Assembly (NCBI GenBank): GCA_963825175.1
Contig: CAWGSA010000001.1
Span: 50,576 to 114,575 of the forward strand
Origin: an uncultured Acidobacteriota bacterium
GTDB taxonomy: Bacteria > Acidobacteriota > Thermoanaerobaculia > UBA5066 > Gp7-AA6
Reading direction: 5' to 3'
Length of the DNA: 64,000 nt
Position 1 is the first letter of the stretch, and each line of letters starts with the position of its first letter. Below, in pieces: positions 60,567 through 64,000 of this stretch. A program made the position numbers and the translations under genes. A model generated the notes under the pieces. That model did not search any database. It had not been told where the DNA came from and saw only the letters and a program-made list of their open reading frames with translations.

Positions 60567-63184
60567 ATGAAACGCGTTTTTCTTGCGGCTTTCGCAGCCC
60601 TCTTCGCGGCAGCGTCGCTGCGGTCCCTCTCCACCGCTCCCGGCACCGCCCTGCCGCCGCCCTCGACGGGCGGAGTCGCCGCGGTCGAGCCCGCGCTCAA
60701 GAAGCTCTCGACCAACAAACGGCTGCTGGTGGTGGGAGCACATCCCGACGACGAAAACACCGCCCTCCTCGCTCTGGTGGCGCGGGGGTGGGGGGGCGAG
60801 GCCGCCTACCTTTCCCTGTCCCGGGGCGAAGGCGGGCAGAACCTCATCGGGCAAGAGCTCGGCGTGGGGCTGGGCCTGATTCGGTCACGCGAGCTCGGCG
60901 CGGCGCGGCAGCTCGACGGAGCGCACCAGTTCTTCACGCGGGCCTATGATTTCGGATTCTCCAAGTCCCTGGACGAGGCATTGCGGTTCTGGCCCAAGCA
61001 GGAAATCTTGAAGGACGCCGTGCGCGTGATCCGGCGCTTCCGGCCCCAGGTGGTGTTCGCAACCTTCACGGGGACGCCGCGCGACGGCCACGGGCAGCAC
61101 CAGGAATCCGGCGTGATCGCGCGGGAGGCGTTCCTCGCGGCGGCCGATCCCGCGGCTTTTCCGGAGCTCGCGGCCGAAGGGCTGGCCCCCTGGAAACCGA
61201 CGACGCTGGTGCGGTCCAACTGGATCGACAACGAGAGCTTCATCCGCCTTTCGACCGGTGACATCGATCCCGTGTCTGGCCGTTCCTACAACCAGATCGC
61301 AATGGCGGGGCGAAGTCTTCACCGCTCCCAGGAGATGGGCCGGCTGCAGCCGGCGGGACCGAGTGAGACGGGAGCGATCTGGGAGGCGGGGGAGAGGGGA
61401 CCGCGACCAAGGACCTCTTCGGCGGCGTCGACACGCGGCTTGCGGGAATCGCCGAGGGCGTGACCGATCCCGACCGCCGCGGGCAGATTCGGGAGCGGCT
61501 CGCCACGGTGGAGCGTCTCGCGGAGACGGCCCGGACGCGGCTGGCGCCCGATCGCTTGGCGCTGGCGGTGCCGGACCTCGCCTCGGCCCTCGTCAACCTG
61601 CGGGCCGCCCGCGAGCTCGTCCACGCCGACGCCCCCGAGGAATCGGCGGTCGCGGCGATCCTCGACGAGAAAGCCGACGCCGCCCAGACGGCCCTGGTCG
61701 CATCGGCAGGCATCGCGTTGGACGCTTTGTCCGAGACGGAGACCGCGGCGCCCGGCGATGCCTTCGCCGTCACGGTTCAACTGTGGAACGCCGGCACGGA
61801 GCCTCTCGAGGTCGAGTCGGTCGCGCTCCAGAGCCCCGACGGATGGACGGTGCCCCCCGCTTCCCCTCCGCCGGCGCCCACCGTCGCGGCCGGGGCGCTC
61901 GCCGAGTGGAAGCTCTCGGCCTCGGTGCCGGCCGGGGGCGCGCCGACCGTTCCGTACTTCTTGAGGAAGCCTCTCCAGGGAGCCCTCTATGATTGGAGCG
62001 ACGTCCCGGCGCCCGTCCGCGGCGAGCCGTTCCAGCCTCCTCCGCTGTCGGCGGCGGTGAAGGTCAAGGTCGGCGGCGTCAGCGCGACGCTGCGTCGCGA
62101 AGTCACGCACCGCTTTCGCAACGAAGAGTTCGGCGAGATCCGACACTCCCTGCGGGCCGTTCCAGCGGTCGAGATCTCCGTGGAGCCGGACCTGGTGGTC
62201 TGGTCGACGGATCAGAAGGAGCGCCGGTCCCTTCAGGTCACCGTGGCCTCCAACACGCACGCCGCCGTTTCGGGAAAGATCGAAGCCGCGATGCCGGCGG
62301 GCTGGCCGCCCGCCTCCCCCCTCCCCTTCACGCTGGCCAAGAAGGGGGACAAGGCCTCGTTCGATCTTCCCCTGCCGGCTCCCTCGTCCGCTCGCGTGGG
62401 CCGCTACGACGTGCCCGTCGCCGCCGTGCTGCAGGATGGCCAACGATTCGGCGGCGCGGTCCAGCTCATCGACTATGGTCACATCCGCCCCACGCCCATG
62501 CCGAAGGACTCCAACGTCGCGCTCACCGCGGTCGACTTGAAGCTCCCCCGCGTCAAGGCGGTGGGATACGTGCGCGGCGCGGCGGACCGGGTTCCCGAGG
62601 CGCTCACCGCGGTGGGCGTCCCGATCCACCTGCTCAACGCCCGGGACCTCGAGCACGGCGACCTCTCCCGTTACGACGCGATCGTGATCGGGAGCCGGGC
62701 CTACGAGACCGAGCCGGCGCTGGCGTCCTCCAACGCCCGCATCCTCGACTACGCGCGAGAGGGCGGATTGGTCATCGTCCAGTACCAGCAGTACCCGTTC
62801 GTCGAGGGCCGCTTCGCTCCAGACCAGATCGAGATCGCCCGCCCCCACGACCGCGTGACCGACGAGACTGCGCCGGTGAAGATGCTCGAGCCGGCGCACT
62901 CGATCTTCACCCGGCCCAACCGTATCGCTCCGAGCGACTGGGATGGCTGGATCCAGGAGCGGGGACTCTACTTCGCCCACGAGTGGGGCAAGACCTTCAC
63001 GCCGCTGCTCGCGATGAACGACCCCGGCCAGGCGGAGCAACACGGGGCTCTGCTCGTCGCCGAGGTCGGCAAGGGCCACTACGTCTATACCGGCCTGGCC
63101 TTTTTCCGCCAGCTCCCGGCGGGTGTGCCCGGCGCCTACCGCCTCTTCGCCAATCTGCTCGCCTGGAAGGGCAAGGGTTCATAG
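60567..63184 (+). pseudogene. PIG-L/LmbE-family deacetylase fused to a large C-terminal region ending in a GATase1/ThuA-like domain; frameshift in a G-run at 61386-61392
   Basis: Signal peptide MKRVFLAAFAALFAAASL. LLVVGAHPDDEN..RGEGGQN..R.RE (PIG-L motifs). ..GAIWEAG|GEGTATKDLFGGVD.. continues in track ORF 61460..63184. The C-terminal segment VGYVRGAADRVPEAL..YDAIVIGSRAY..GGLVIVQYQQ..HYVYTGLAFFRQL looks ThuA/DUF4159-like (inference). Confidence 0.75.
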
Positions 63185-63236
63185 AATCTCCCTCCGGGCG
63201 TCGCCACGGCTCGAAGCTCGAACCGGGAGGAGGATC

Positions 63237-64000
63237 ATGAAAGTCGTTCGTTTGGCCGCGGTCGCATTCTTCGCGCTTTCGACCGCCGCGCTCGCCCAGT
63301 TTGAAGGAAGCGCGGAGTTCCGCGCCACCACGACCACCGGCCGGGGCGAGACCATCCCCGGCCACGGCTCGTGCCTGGTGTCGAAGAACGCCGTCCGGAT
63401 GCAATGGGAGATGGACCTGCGCGGCAACGGCGAGCCGAAGAGCCCGGGCACGCCTTCGCAATACCGCATGACGACCATCCTGAAGGTCTCGGAGCCGGAC
63501 AAGATGTACATGCTCAACGACGAGAAGAAGACCTATACGGTGGTGGACCTGAAGAAGGCGCACGAATCCGCGGCCAAGCAGCCGCTGGACTTGAAGGTCC
63601 GGAAACTCGGCCGCGACACCGTCGGGGGCCTCTCCTGCGACAAGGCCGTGGTCACCTCGCCGTCGGGGACCGAGACCGAGATCTGCGTCACGCGCGAGCT
63701 GACGCCCTCCAGCGCCTGGCTCGCGGCCATGAATCGAGAACGCTCCGGACCGCTCGCCGCGCTGCGCGCCAACGGTCTGGATGGATTCCCGATTCGGATG
63801 ATCACGCGCGAAGGCCGGGACAAGAAAGTCTCCAGCACCTTCGAGTTGGTGCGTTTCGAGAAGAAGACGGTTCCGGCCTCGGCCTTCGAGGTTCCCGCCG
63901 GCTACCAGAGGTCGTCCGGCAGCACCATGACGCCGGAGCAGCGCAAGGCGATGAAAGACGCCCTGTCCAGGATGACGCCGGAGCAGCGCAAGCAGTACGA
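63237..64000 (+). CDS. DUF4412-like secreted protein, N-terminal 254 codons (runs off the right edge)
   Basis: Not in the track because the frame is open to the edge. ATG 63237 behind GGAGGAGG. MKVVRLAAVAFFALSTAALAQFEG..KMYMLNDEKKTYTVVDLKK..GFPIRMITREG..FELVRFEKKTVPASAFEVPAGYQ, then repeated MTPEQRK. Confidence 0.7.
   Translation, partial: MKVVRLAAVAFFALSTAALAQFEGSAEFRATTTTGRGETIPGHGSCLVSKNAVRMQWEMDLRGNGEPKSPGTPSQYRMTTILKVSEPDKMYMLNDEKKTYTVVDLKKAHESAAKQPLDLKVRKLGRDTVGGLSCDKAVVTSPSGTETEICVTRELTPSSAWLAAMNRERSGPLAALRANGLDGFPIRMITREGRDKKVSSTFELVRFEKKTVPASAFEVPAGYQRSSGSTMTPEQRKAMKDALSRMTPEQRKQY

Overview
GC-rich (by eye) bacterial chromosomal segment. The gene content points to Acidobacteriota (inference): four tandem proteins of the 'VWFA-related Acidobacterial domain' type, a CarboxypepD_reg-type TonB-dependent receptor, BNR beta-propellers and an IPTL-CTERM adhesin. 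I can support about 40 protein-coding genes. I saw no rRNA, tRNA, CRISPR array, transposase, integrase or recognisable defence genes.

The main functional theme is peptidoglycan and amino-sugar recycling, spread across the window: murQ, an ampG-nagK/murK-ydjC-nagB operon, a nagZ-SSS transporter-amiE::namZ operon, and ldcA. Other recognisable genes are speA, amtB-glnK, an egtB-egtD ergothioneine pair, a roughly 2900-aa NdvB/Cgs-type cyclic beta-1,2-glucan synthase, two M28 peptidases, an MscS channel, CsbD and DinB.

Three things are not ordinary:
1. About half of the intergenic gaps carry short tandem 7-8 nt repeat arrays. Several are inverted pairs that could fold into long hairpins, and the same heptamer families recur at unlinked loci. 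There is also a roughly 150-nt dispersed element in two copies.
2. There is an uncharacterised three-enzyme cassette: a Cys-less AsnB-like ATP-pyrophosphatase, a radical SAM enzyme and a flavin-halogenase-like FAD enzyme.
3. At least 16 single-nucleotide frameshifts interrupt 10 otherwise well-conserved genes. The ORF track therefore splits them into fragments with Arg/Gly/Pro-rich out-of-frame tails.

Two genes that run off the window edges are absent from the track and were read manually. All family assignments come from motif recognition by eye; no searches were run.
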